Part shown: piece after piece, positions 36,329-44,212 of the stretch
Numbering within the stretch: the first letter of the stretch is position 1
Layout of the letters: every line of letters starts with the position of its first letter
Assembly: GCA_024641665.1 (NCBI GenBank)
Contig: JAHECP010000002.1
Location: 28,775 to 92,774, forward strand
From: Acidobacteriota bacterium
GTDB lineage: Bacteria > Acidobacteriota > Vicinamibacteria > Vicinamibacterales > JAHECP01
Direction of reading: 5' to 3'
Length of the DNA: 64,000 nucleotides
Notes under the pieces: generated by a model
The model's input: the letters and a program-made list of their open reading frames with translations, nothing else
Database searches by the model: none
Told to the model about the DNA's origin: nothing
Position numbers and translations under genes: made by a program

Positions 36329-38044
36329 GTGGCGAGCGAACATGGAGCCGTCATGCCCGGCAGTGCCACGTCCGGCGCCGGCAGGCGCCTCGAGCGGGCC
36401 CGGATCCGAGCCGCCGACGCGCATGAGCTCGAGCGGCGGACGAAGCAGCTTCGCGCCGTCGGCGAGATCAGCGCCGCGCTGGCCGCCGCATGGGAGCTCG
36501 AAACCACCCTGGAGGTCATCACGCGAATCACGTCGGAAGTGATGGGCGTGGCCTCGTGCTCCATCTACCTCCAGGAGGAAGGCACCGACCGGCTCGTGCT
36601 CAAGGCCACCACCGGCCTGGCCAGGTCGGCGATCGGCGTGGCCTGGCTGAAGACGGGCGAAGGTCTGACGGGATGGACCGTGGCCCATGGCCGGCCGGTT
36701 GCGGCCTCGGATGCCCGATCGGATCCGCGGTTCAAGCTGCTGCCGGAAACGCACGAGGAGACCCTCTCGTCGCTCGCCGCCGTGCCGCTGACCGTGCAGG
36801 GGCGGACCATCGGCGCGATGAACGTGCAGACGGTCAGGCCGCACGAGTTCATCGAGGAGGACGTCGAGCTGCTCTCGCTCATCGCGAACCTGGCGGCGGG
36901 AGCGCTCGAGAAAGCCAGCCTCTACGACCGCATGCGGCAGCAGATCCGCGAGCTGGAGGGCCTCGTCGAGGTCAGCCGCACGGTCATCTCCCCGCTTTAC
37001 CTGGATGAGATGCTGGGCCTGGTGGCCGAGATGGCCGCACGGGTGATGAACGCCAAGGCGGTCGTGCTGCACCTGATCGAGGAACCCGGCAGCCGGCTGG
37101 TGCTGCGCGCCGCGCACAACACCAGCCCGGCGCGCCGTGGGGCCGCGTCACTCGCCCTCGGCGACGGCATCGTTGGCGACGTGGCGAAGCACGCCAGACC
37201 GCTCATCGTGCCCGACGTGCGCGCGGACGTACGCTACAAGAACCAGGCGCTCGCCGCGCTGGAGGGGCTCGTGTCGCTGCTGAGCGTGCCGCTCGTCGTG
37301 CGCAACCGCACCGTGGGCGTCCTCTCGTGCTACACCGACGCCCCGCACGAGTTCACGGCCAAGGAGGTGGACCTCTTCTCGATGCTCGCCAACCAGACGG
37401 CGCTCGCGATCGAGAACGCGCGCCTCGTCATCAGCTCGGCGGTCGTGCGCGAGATGCACCATCGAGTCAAGAACAACCTCGAAACCGTGGCCATGCTCCT
37501 GCGGCTGCAGGTGAGCGCCGCCGAGGACGATCGGACGAAGCACATCCTCGGCGGGGCCATCACGCGGATCCTGAGCATCGCCGCCGTGCACGAGACGCTG
37601 GGCGAGCAGGGCCTCCGGCTGGTGGACGTCAAGCAGGTGCTCGAACGCGTGGCCGGCTACGCGGCCGAGCTTGGCCCCGGCAAAGACGTGGCCATCGATG
37701 TCGAAGGCGACGCGCTCTCGTTGCCGTCGCGCGCGGCGACCTCGCTCGCGCTGGCCGCGAGCGAGCTCGTGCAGAACGCCATGAAGCACGCGTTCGTGGG
37801 GCGCGATCGAGGACGGATCCTGATCAGTCTCAGAGCCGGGCCGGACGAACACCAGCTGACGGTCGTCGACAACGGCGTCGGCCAGGGCGAGGCGCGGCCG
37901 CGGCGCAAGGGACTCGGCCTCGAGATCGTGCAGACGCTGGTGGCGCACGATCTCAAGGGGCGGTTCGAGATGGCGTCCTCGGGCGACGGCACGCGCGCCA
38001 CCGTCCGGTTTCCCGCGACGGTTGACGATGGAGCGTCGCCATGA
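36329..38044 (+). CDS. cytoplasmic tandem-GAF sensor histidine kinase (HisKA_2-type H-box)
   Basis: Track ORF of 571 aa. Two GAF-like blocks (...SIYLQEEGTDRLVLKATTG...VPLTVQGRTIGAMNVQ and ...VVLHLIEEPGSRLVLRAAHN...VPLVVRNRTVGVLSCY). H-box: EMHHRVKNNLETVAMLLRLQ. ATPase block: ELVQNAMKHAF...DNGVG...GLGLEIV. Confidence 0.85.
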   Translation: MASEHGAVMPGSATSGAGRRLERARIRAADAHELERRTKQLRAVGEISAALAAAWELETTLEVITRITSEVMGVASCSIYLQEEGTDRLVLKATTGLARSAIGVAWLKTGEGLTGWTVAHGRPVAASDARSDPRFKLLPETHEETLSSLAAVPLTVQGRTIGAMNVQTVRPHEFIEEDVELLSLIANLAAGALEKASLYDRMRQQIRELEGLVEVSRTVISPLYLDEMLGLVAEMAARVMNAKAVVLHLIEEPGSRLVLRAAHNTSPARRGAASLALGDGIVGDVAKHARPLIVPDVRADVRYKNQALAALEGLVSLLSVPLVVRNRTVGVLSCYTDAPHEFTAKEVDLFSMLANQTALAIENARLVISSAVVREMHHRVKNNLETVAMLLRLQVSAAEDDRTKHILGGAITRILSIAAVHETLGEQGLRLVDVKQVLERVAGYAAELGPGKDVAIDVEGDALSLPSRAATSLALAASELVQNAMKHAFVGRDRGRILISLRAGPDEHQLTVVDNGVGQGEARPRRKGLGLEIVQTLVAHDLKGRFEMASSGDGTRATVRFPATVDDGASP

Positions 38045-38640
38045 AGCGCTTGCACATCCTGGTCGCAGAGGACGAGTCGCTGATCCGCCTCGGCCTCACG
38101 CGCATTCTGGAAGAAGCCGGCCACACGGTCTACGCGGCGGAGGACGGCCAGGCGGCCCTGACGCTCGCCGACGCGCGGACGCCGGATCTCGTCATCCTCG
38201 ACATCAAGATGCCGCGCATGGACGGCCTCGAGGCGGCCGAGCGTCTCTATGAGCGCGCCGCCGTGCCGATCATCTTCCTGACGGCCTACGGTGATCGCGA
38301 CCTCATCGAGCGGGCGGCCCGGCTGCCGGTGATGGGGTACCTGGTGAAACCGATCAAGGAGTCGGAGTTGCACGCGATGATCGAGGTCGCGACCAGCCGC
38401 TTCGCCGAGCACGCGCACACGGCGCATCGCGCCGCGGAAGGGGCGGCCGCGCTCGCCGAGCACCGGGTGATCGCCGGCGCGAAGGGCCTGATCATGCAGC
38501 GCGATGGTGTGAGCGAGCTCGAGGCCTACGGCCGTCTCGAAGCGCGCGCGCGGCGCGAACGCCGTACGCTGCTCGAGGTGGCCGAGGAGGTCCGGGCCGA
38601 GCTCGGTCCGGCCGCAGCCGACCGATCGCGGCGCGGCTGA
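38041..38640 (+). CDS. response regulator with ANTAR RNA-binding output domain (AmiR/NasT/EutV class)
   Basis: Track ORF of 199 aa with an ATGA overlap onto the kinase stop. Receiver: ILVAEDE...LVILDIKMPRMDG...YLVKP. ANTAR-like: IAGAKGLIMQRDGVSELEAYGRLEARARRERRTLLEVAEEV. Confidence 0.9.
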   Translation: MKRLHILVAEDESLIRLGLTRILEEAGHTVYAAEDGQAALTLADARTPDLVILDIKMPRMDGLEAAERLYERAAVPIIFLTAYGDRDLIERAARLPVMGYLVKPIKESELHAMIEVATSRFAEHAHTAHRAAEGAAALAEHRVIAGAKGLIMQRDGVSELEAYGRLEARARRERRTLLEVAEEVRAELGPAAADRSRRG

Positions 38641-38715
38641 TCCCGATCCGGACCAAGGGCTCGTCCGCGTTGGCGGCGGCCGGGAAGCCCGCCCGAGCCC
38701 GTCGAGAGGTCGCAC

Positions 38716-41223
38716 GTGCCGCGCTACCAGATCAAGACCGCCCCGGTGCCCGCACCGTTCGCCTACCCGGGTCGCTTCCGCCAGGAGGAGACGGACCTGT
38801 ACGTGAAGTACGGACACCGCGTGTTCGACCGGACGGCCGAGCGCGGCGACCCGTACTGGACCGCGGAGATCATCACGCAGACCTGGTACCAGGCCGAGAC
38901 CGGGCGCATCCCTATCAGTGGCGCCGGCTACGGCGGACCGTTTTCGGGCGAGGGCTTCGACGGGATGTGGCTGGACATGTCGGAGATCGTCCGGCCGACG
39001 CGCGACGGGATTCACGGGCGCGAGTACATCTCCACGGCCGTCGTGCTGGGCGGCGCGCCCGAGATGCTCGAGTTCGATCGCGCGGGTCGGTTGCTCACGG
39101 ACCTGCCGGCGACGCTCGATCTGCCGTTGCCGGTCGCCTTCGGTCCGCTGCCGTGGGCGCTGCCCGGTCGCGCGGCGCTCAGCGCCTTGTCCGAGGCCGC
39201 CGACCGCCTGGGCACGCTGGCGATCCACACGACCGACGCGCTCGAAGAGGCCAGCCACGATCGCCTCGCCGTCCGTCTGGGTGCGGCCGATTTCGATCGC
39301 CCCGCCATCGTCGACGCCGTGCGCGCGCGCGCCCCGGTCTACGTCGAAATCGAGGAAGAAGCCTGGGATCTCGAGCGCTGGGAACGCGCGGGCGAGCTGT
39401 TCCCGGGCTCGCTCGTGGCCCTGCGTCGCGCCCTCGGACCCGACAGCGCGGCCGAGGTCGAGCGCCTGCTGCGACGCGGCGTCCGGGTGTTTCATCTCTA
39501 CGCCGACCTCGAGGGGCGCGACACGGCCGGCCGGCCGCTGCCCGACTCGCTGCGCGCCGTGCACACGCACGCGGTGCAGCGTCGCTGGCGCGACAGCCTG
39601 TCGTTCCTGGTGAGCGGCGGTATCGCCGCCGCCGAGCACGTCCCCAAGATCGTGGCGTGCGGCGCCGACGTGGCGGTGCTCGACCTCGTGCCCCAGGTGG
39701 CGTGGGGCTGCGCGCTGTGGGCCGATCAGCGGACCTGCCATGCCGAGACGAAGGAGGTCGACCCGGCATGGGGCGCGCAGCGCCTGGTCAACCTGATGGC
39801 GGCCTGGCGCGACCAGCTGCTCGAGGCCCTCGGCGCGATGGGGATGCGAGAGGTGCGACGCCTCCGCGGGGAGACCGGCCGCGTGATTTTCGACGAGATC
39901 GAAGCGCAGGCCTTCCGGCGGCTCGTGCCCGCCACGGCGCCGCGCGCCGCGTACCGCCGGCTCAACGAGGGGAGCGGCGCCGAAGGTGACCTGCGCTGGA
40001 CGCACGGACTGCTGCTCGCCACCAGGGAGCAGGCACGGCTCGGCCGGCCGGGCGGCGAGCTGGAGTTTCGCGTGGGGGCCTCGGGCGGCGGATTCGATCG
40101 CCTGGCCTTTGGCTTCGAGCTGCAGGATGCCTGGCGCGAGCAGCACGCCGCGCTGGTCGCCGGAGAGACCGGAACGGCCGGATGGCTCGCGGACCCGGCG
40201 GCGTTCGATCTCGGCCTGGATCTCAACCGCCGCGGCGACGACCGCCCGCGCCTGCGCATCCCCGTTCCCTGGTACGGCGCGGGCATGTCGTTCGGCAGCA
40301 TCAGCCTGCAGGTGATGCTCGCCCGGGCGCGCGCGGCGGCCGAGCTCGGCACGTTCATGTCCACCGGCGAGGGCGGCTATCCCAACGAGCTGGCGCAATA
40401 TGCCGACCACGTCATCACGCAGGTGGCGACGGGGCTCTTCGGGGTGCGCGAAGAGACCATCCAGCGCGCGCGGCTGGTCGAGATCAAGTATGCCCAGGGG
40501 GCCAAGCCCGGACTGGGCGGCCACCTGCTCGGCAACAAGAACACCTTGCCGGTGGCCTCCGAGCGCGAGGCCGTGCAAGGCACGTCGCTCTTCAGTCCGT
40601 TTCCGTTCCACAGCGTCTACTCGGTCGAAGACCACAAGAAGCACATCGACTGGCTCAAGCAGGTCAATCCGCGCGCGCTCGTGAGCGTGAAGGTCAGTAC
40701 GCCGACCGATGTGGACATGGTGGCCGTGGGCTCCTACTTCGCCGGCGCGCACATTGTCCACCTCGACGGAGCGTACGGCGGGACCGGGGCGGCGCCCGAG
40801 ATCGCGAAGCGGAACATCGCCATGCCCATCGAGTACGCGATCCCGAAGGTGCATCGCTTCCTGACCGAGGAGGGGTTGCGCGACGAGATCACCCTGATGG
40901 CATCGGGAGGCCTTCGCACGGCCTACGACGTGGCCAAGGCGATCGCGCTCGGTGCCGACGGCTGCGTGATCGGGATGGCGGAGCTGGTCGCGATGGGGTG
41001 CTCGCGCCTGGGCGCCTGCGAGCAGGGGTTGGGCTGCCCCTTTGGCATCACGACCACCGACCCCGAGCGCAGCAAGCTGATCGTCGTCGAGACGGCGGCG
41101 GGCCAGGTCGTCAACTTGTACAGGAGCTGGCTCTGGCAGCTCGCGGGGATCCTGCGGGCGCTCGACATGCGGAGCATTCACGAGTTGCGCGGCCGCACCG
41201 ACGTGCTCGTGTACCTGGAGTGA
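38716..41223 (+). CDS. glutamate-synthase-family FMN/Fe-S (GltB domain 2-like) protein with an extra degenerate N-terminal copy of the barrel
   Basis: Track ORF of 835 aa. The C-terminal half carries GAGMSFGSIS, STGEGGYPNE, IKYAQGAKPGLGGHLLG, SPFPFHSVYSVEDHK, LDGAYGGTGAAP, ASGGLRTAYDVAKAIALGADG and CSRLGACEQGLGCPFG. The N-terminal half repeats a weaker version (VSGGIAAAEHVPKIVACGADVAVLD, RDQLLEALGAMGMREVRRLRG). Confidence 0.85.
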   Translation: MPRYQIKTAPVPAPFAYPGRFRQEETDLYVKYGHRVFDRTAERGDPYWTAEIITQTWYQAETGRIPISGAGYGGPFSGEGFDGMWLDMSEIVRPTRDGIHGREYISTAVVLGGAPEMLEFDRAGRLLTDLPATLDLPLPVAFGPLPWALPGRAALSALSEAADRLGTLAIHTTDALEEASHDRLAVRLGAADFDRPAIVDAVRARAPVYVEIEEEAWDLERWERAGELFPGSLVALRRALGPDSAAEVERLLRRGVRVFHLYADLEGRDTAGRPLPDSLRAVHTHAVQRRWRDSLSFLVSGGIAAAEHVPKIVACGADVAVLDLVPQVAWGCALWADQRTCHAETKEVDPAWGAQRLVNLMAAWRDQLLEALGAMGMREVRRLRGETGRVIFDEIEAQAFRRLVPATAPRAAYRRLNEGSGAEGDLRWTHGLLLATREQARLGRPGGELEFRVGASGGGFDRLAFGFELQDAWREQHAALVAGETGTAGWLADPAAFDLGLDLNRRGDDRPRLRIPVPWYGAGMSFGSISLQVMLARARAAAELGTFMSTGEGGYPNELAQYADHVITQVATGLFGVREETIQRARLVEIKYAQGAKPGLGGHLLGNKNTLPVASEREAVQGTSLFSPFPFHSVYSVEDHKKHIDWLKQVNPRALVSVKVSTPTDVDMVAVGSYFAGAHIVHLDGAYGGTGAAPEIAKRNIAMPIEYAIPKVHRFLTEEGLRDEITLMASGGLRTAYDVAKAIALGADGCVIGMAELVAMGCSRLGACEQGLGCPFGITTTDPERSKLIVVETAAGQVVNLYRSWLWQLAGILRALDMRSIHELRGRTDVLVYLE

Positions 41224-41230
41224 GGGATCC

Positions 41231-43807
41231 ATGCGAAGCGAGGACGTCCGCGCCGTGCTGAACGCGCGCGCGCCGCTCGTGGAAGAGGTCGGCGGCCGAC
41301 CCGCGAACCGCGAGGCAACCGAGGGTGGCTGCGGCGTGTTGGGGTTCGCCGCGAGCGTTGCCATCCCCGGCCGACATGTCATCACCGCCAGCGAACAGAT
41401 GCACAACCGGGGCAACGGGAAGGGTGGCGGTCTGGCCGCGGCCGGGCTCGATCCCGCGCAGATCGGGGTGGCGCCCGACGTGCTGCGGACGCACTACCTC
41501 ATCCAGGTCGCGTACCTCGACGCCGGGGCGCGCGCCGAAGTCGAACGCGAGTGTCTGTCGAGCCGCTTCGACTTCGCGGCCGCCTACGCCGTCGAGACGC
41601 TCGACGACTGGCGGGCGGTGCCGGGTCTCGCGCTGCCGCCGCCGGAGGTCGTGCGTTACGTGTGCCGCGTCAGGCCCGAGGAGCTCGCGCGGTTCGCCGA
41701 GGAGCACGCCCTGCGCCATCTGCCCGCGCGCCAGGTCGAAGACGAGTTCGTCTATCAGAACAGCTTCCGGCTGAATCAGCGCTACTACGCGAGCCTGGGC
41801 CGCAAGCGCGCGTTCGTCCTCTGCCATGGTCGCGACCTGCTCGTCTTCAAGATCGTCGGCTACGCCGAGCAGGCCGCGCGGTACTATCGGCTCGAGGACC
41901 TGAAGGCGCACGTCTGGATCGCGCACCAGCGGTACCCCACCAAGGGTCGGGTGTGGCACCCGGCGGGCGCGCATCCCTTCATCGGCGTCAATGAAGCGCT
42001 CGTCCACAACGGCGACTTCGCCAACTATCACCGCGTCTGCGAATACCTCGAGCAGCGCAACATCGTTCCGCTGTTTCTGACCGACACCGAAGTGAGCGTC
42101 CTGCTGTTCGACCTCTGGGATCGCTTGTACGGGTACCCCCTCGAGGTCGTGCTCGAGGCGCTCGCGCCCACCTCCGAGCGGGACTTCGACATGCTGCCGG
42201 AGGACAGGCGGACGCTCTACCGCGCCGTGCAACAGACGCACCTGCAGGGCAGCCCCGACGGCCCGTGGTTCTTCATCGTCGCGCGCAGCCGGCCCGACGC
42301 CGGCGAGTGGCAGCTGCTGGGCATCACGGACACGTCGATGCTGCGCCCGCAGGTCTTCGCGTTGTACGAGCGCGGCGCGGGCTCGGAGCAGGTCCGCATC
42401 GGGCTCATCGCGTCCGAGCGGCAGGCCATCAACGCGTGCCTGCGGAGCCTGGCGGCGGAGGATCGTCGCTTCGAGCCGCTGGCCGATCGCTACTGGGTGG
42501 CGCGCGGCGGCTCGCACACCGACGGGGGTGCCTTCACGTTCACGGTCACGCACCGTGAGCGCGGTGCCGAGCTCGTGTGTCGCAACAAGTTCGGCGCGGA
42601 GGTCACGGTCGCCGCGCCCACGGGCGGCGCGGCGCGCCCCGTCCGCTCGACCGTGCCCATCCCACCACCTGACGGCAACAGCGCGGCCTGGTTTGAAGCG
42701 GCGTGCCCGGCCGTCACGGCGGCCGACCTCTCGACGCTCACCGGGTGGCTCGACGCGCGCGTTCGCCTGAGCCGCGAGCGTGACGAGGCACGCGACGCGA
42801 GCCTGGCCGCGCTCACGCTCCTGCGTGACCGGCGGTTCGACCCAGGGGTGAAGAAGCGCTCGACCGTGCTCGCGGCGGTCGATCGCGCGCTGTGCGCCAT
42901 GCTGCGGGAGGTGCCGGACCTCGGCGACTCGCGCGTGTCGCGTTACCGGCGTCTGGACGCGGCCACCGCGCCGGCCCTGCGCGCGCCCGGGGGCGTCGAG
43001 TCCGTGCTCGTCGTCGACGCCCGCGAGTGCCAGGCCGAGGGCGAGCGGTCGGCGGCGCGTCTGCTGTGCCGGGCGCACGAGCTCGGCTGGCGATGTTTCG
43101 TGGTGTTCGATTGTCGCGGCGGCCGCTTCGTCGGCTGCGGCCTCGGCCTCGGCACCCACGACACGCGCATCGACGTGTTCGGTGATTCCGGCGACTACCT
43201 CGGCTCGGGGCTGGACGGCGCCGAGGTGGCGGTCCACGGAGATGCGCAGGACCAGGTGGGACAGATCTTGAAGGGGGGACGCCTGATCGTGCACGGCGAC
43301 GTGGGCCAGACGTTCCTGTACGGGGCCAAGGGGGGCAGCATCTTCGTGCTCGGCTCCGCCGCGGGTCGCCCGCTCATCAACGCCGTGGGGCGGCCGCGAG
43401 CCGTCATCAACGGCACGTGTCTCGACTATCTCGCCGAATCGTTCATGGCCGGAGACCCTCTCAACGGCGGCGGCTTCGTCATTGTCAACGGTGTGACGTT
43501 TGGCGGCGATGGCAGCATCGACGAGCTGGAGACCCCGTATCCCGGCAGCAACTTGTTCTCGCTCGCATCTGGCGGGGCCATCTACTTGCGTGACCCGCGT
43601 CGCAGCGTGGAGGACAGCCAGCTCAATGGAGGGCAGTTCGCGCCGTTGGCAGAAGCGGACTGGAGGCTGATCGAGCCGTGTCTGCAGGAGAACGAGGCGC
43701 TCTTTGGGATATCGGTGGAGCGGTTGCTGACGTTCGGTGGCGAACGACTCTCGCCGGAGCGCGTGTATCGCAAGGTCACGGTGCGACCCCTCGACGTGCT
43801 CCACTGA
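41231..43807 (+). CDS. fusion of a class-II (Ntn) glutamine amidotransferase (GltB domain 1-like) and a GXGXG beta-helix domain (GltB domain 3 / FwdC-like)
   Basis: Track ORF of 858 aa. N-terminal EGGCGVLGFA, NRGNGKGGG, AHQRYPTKG, HNGDFANY. C-terminal repeated Gly turns: VFGDSGDYLGSGLDGAEVAVHGDAQDQVGQILKGGRLIVHGDVGQTFLYGAKGGSIFVLGSAAGRP. Confidence 0.85.
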   Translation: MRSEDVRAVLNARAPLVEEVGGRPANREATEGGCGVLGFAASVAIPGRHVITASEQMHNRGNGKGGGLAAAGLDPAQIGVAPDVLRTHYLIQVAYLDAGARAEVERECLSSRFDFAAAYAVETLDDWRAVPGLALPPPEVVRYVCRVRPEELARFAEEHALRHLPARQVEDEFVYQNSFRLNQRYYASLGRKRAFVLCHGRDLLVFKIVGYAEQAARYYRLEDLKAHVWIAHQRYPTKGRVWHPAGAHPFIGVNEALVHNGDFANYHRVCEYLEQRNIVPLFLTDTEVSVLLFDLWDRLYGYPLEVVLEALAPTSERDFDMLPEDRRTLYRAVQQTHLQGSPDGPWFFIVARSRPDAGEWQLLGITDTSMLRPQVFALYERGAGSEQVRIGLIASERQAINACLRSLAAEDRRFEPLADRYWVARGGSHTDGGAFTFTVTHRERGAELVCRNKFGAEVTVAAPTGGAARPVRSTVPIPPPDGNSAAWFEAACPAVTAADLSTLTGWLDARVRLSRERDEARDASLAALTLLRDRRFDPGVKKRSTVLAAVDRALCAMLREVPDLGDSRVSRYRRLDAATAPALRAPGGVESVLVVDARECQAEGERSAARLLCRAHELGWRCFVVFDCRGGRFVGCGLGLGTHDTRIDVFGDSGDYLGSGLDGAEVAVHGDAQDQVGQILKGGRLIVHGDVGQTFLYGAKGGSIFVLGSAAGRPLINAVGRPRAVINGTCLDYLAESFMAGDPLNGGGFVIVNGVTFGGDGSIDELETPYPGSNLFSLASGGAIYLRDPRRSVEDSQLNGGQFAPLAEADWRLIEPCLQENEALFGISVERLLTFGGERLSPERVYRKVTVRPLDVLH

Positions 43808-44067
43808 CGGCGGTCGGCCGAGCTCTCGGTTCGTCGAGCCGCCCCGCGCGCGGCGGAGGTCCCGCGCCTGCGACGCCTTCGTCCCTCCCCAAGATGAGGC
43901 TGACCGACGTCCCGTCGCTGCCGAAGTAGATCCGGAATACCGGGCCGAACGGTTGTCCGGAGCCCGCCGCTTCTGCGGACAGCCTTCGCCAGCTGAGCTG
44001 GGCTTGCCAGCCGTGGCTCACCCGAGAGGCGTGGCAGCCTTCGCGGGTGAGGGCTGGTGGACGGTGC

Positions 44068-44140
44068 CCTTCGACTCGCTTCGCTCGCTCCCTTCGACTC
44101 GCTTCGCTCGCTCAGGACACCATTCGACTCGCCTGCGTTG
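44068..44140. repeat. 23-bp tandem direct repeat (2 full copies plus a partial third)
   Basis: CCTTCGACTCGCTTCGCTCGCTC occurs twice back-to-back, followed by CATTCGACTCGCCTGCG. It is intergenic, between the GltS-like operon and the permease stop. Confidence 0.8.
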
Positions 44141-44212
44141 TGTGGCCAGCCATGAGCGAGCCCACGGCGTGACTAGGCCAGCTGTCTTGGCTCGCGCTTG
44201 ATCGCCCGCAAG

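Noticed and set aside
38641-38715. ANTAR dual-hairpin target in the 75-nt leader before the GltS-like genes
   Set aside because: I could draw only weak stems (CGGAC...GTCCG with a 9-nt loop; GGCGG...CCGCC with an irregular loop). Neither has the expected hexaloop pattern and no terminator follows. I left this as something to test computationally.
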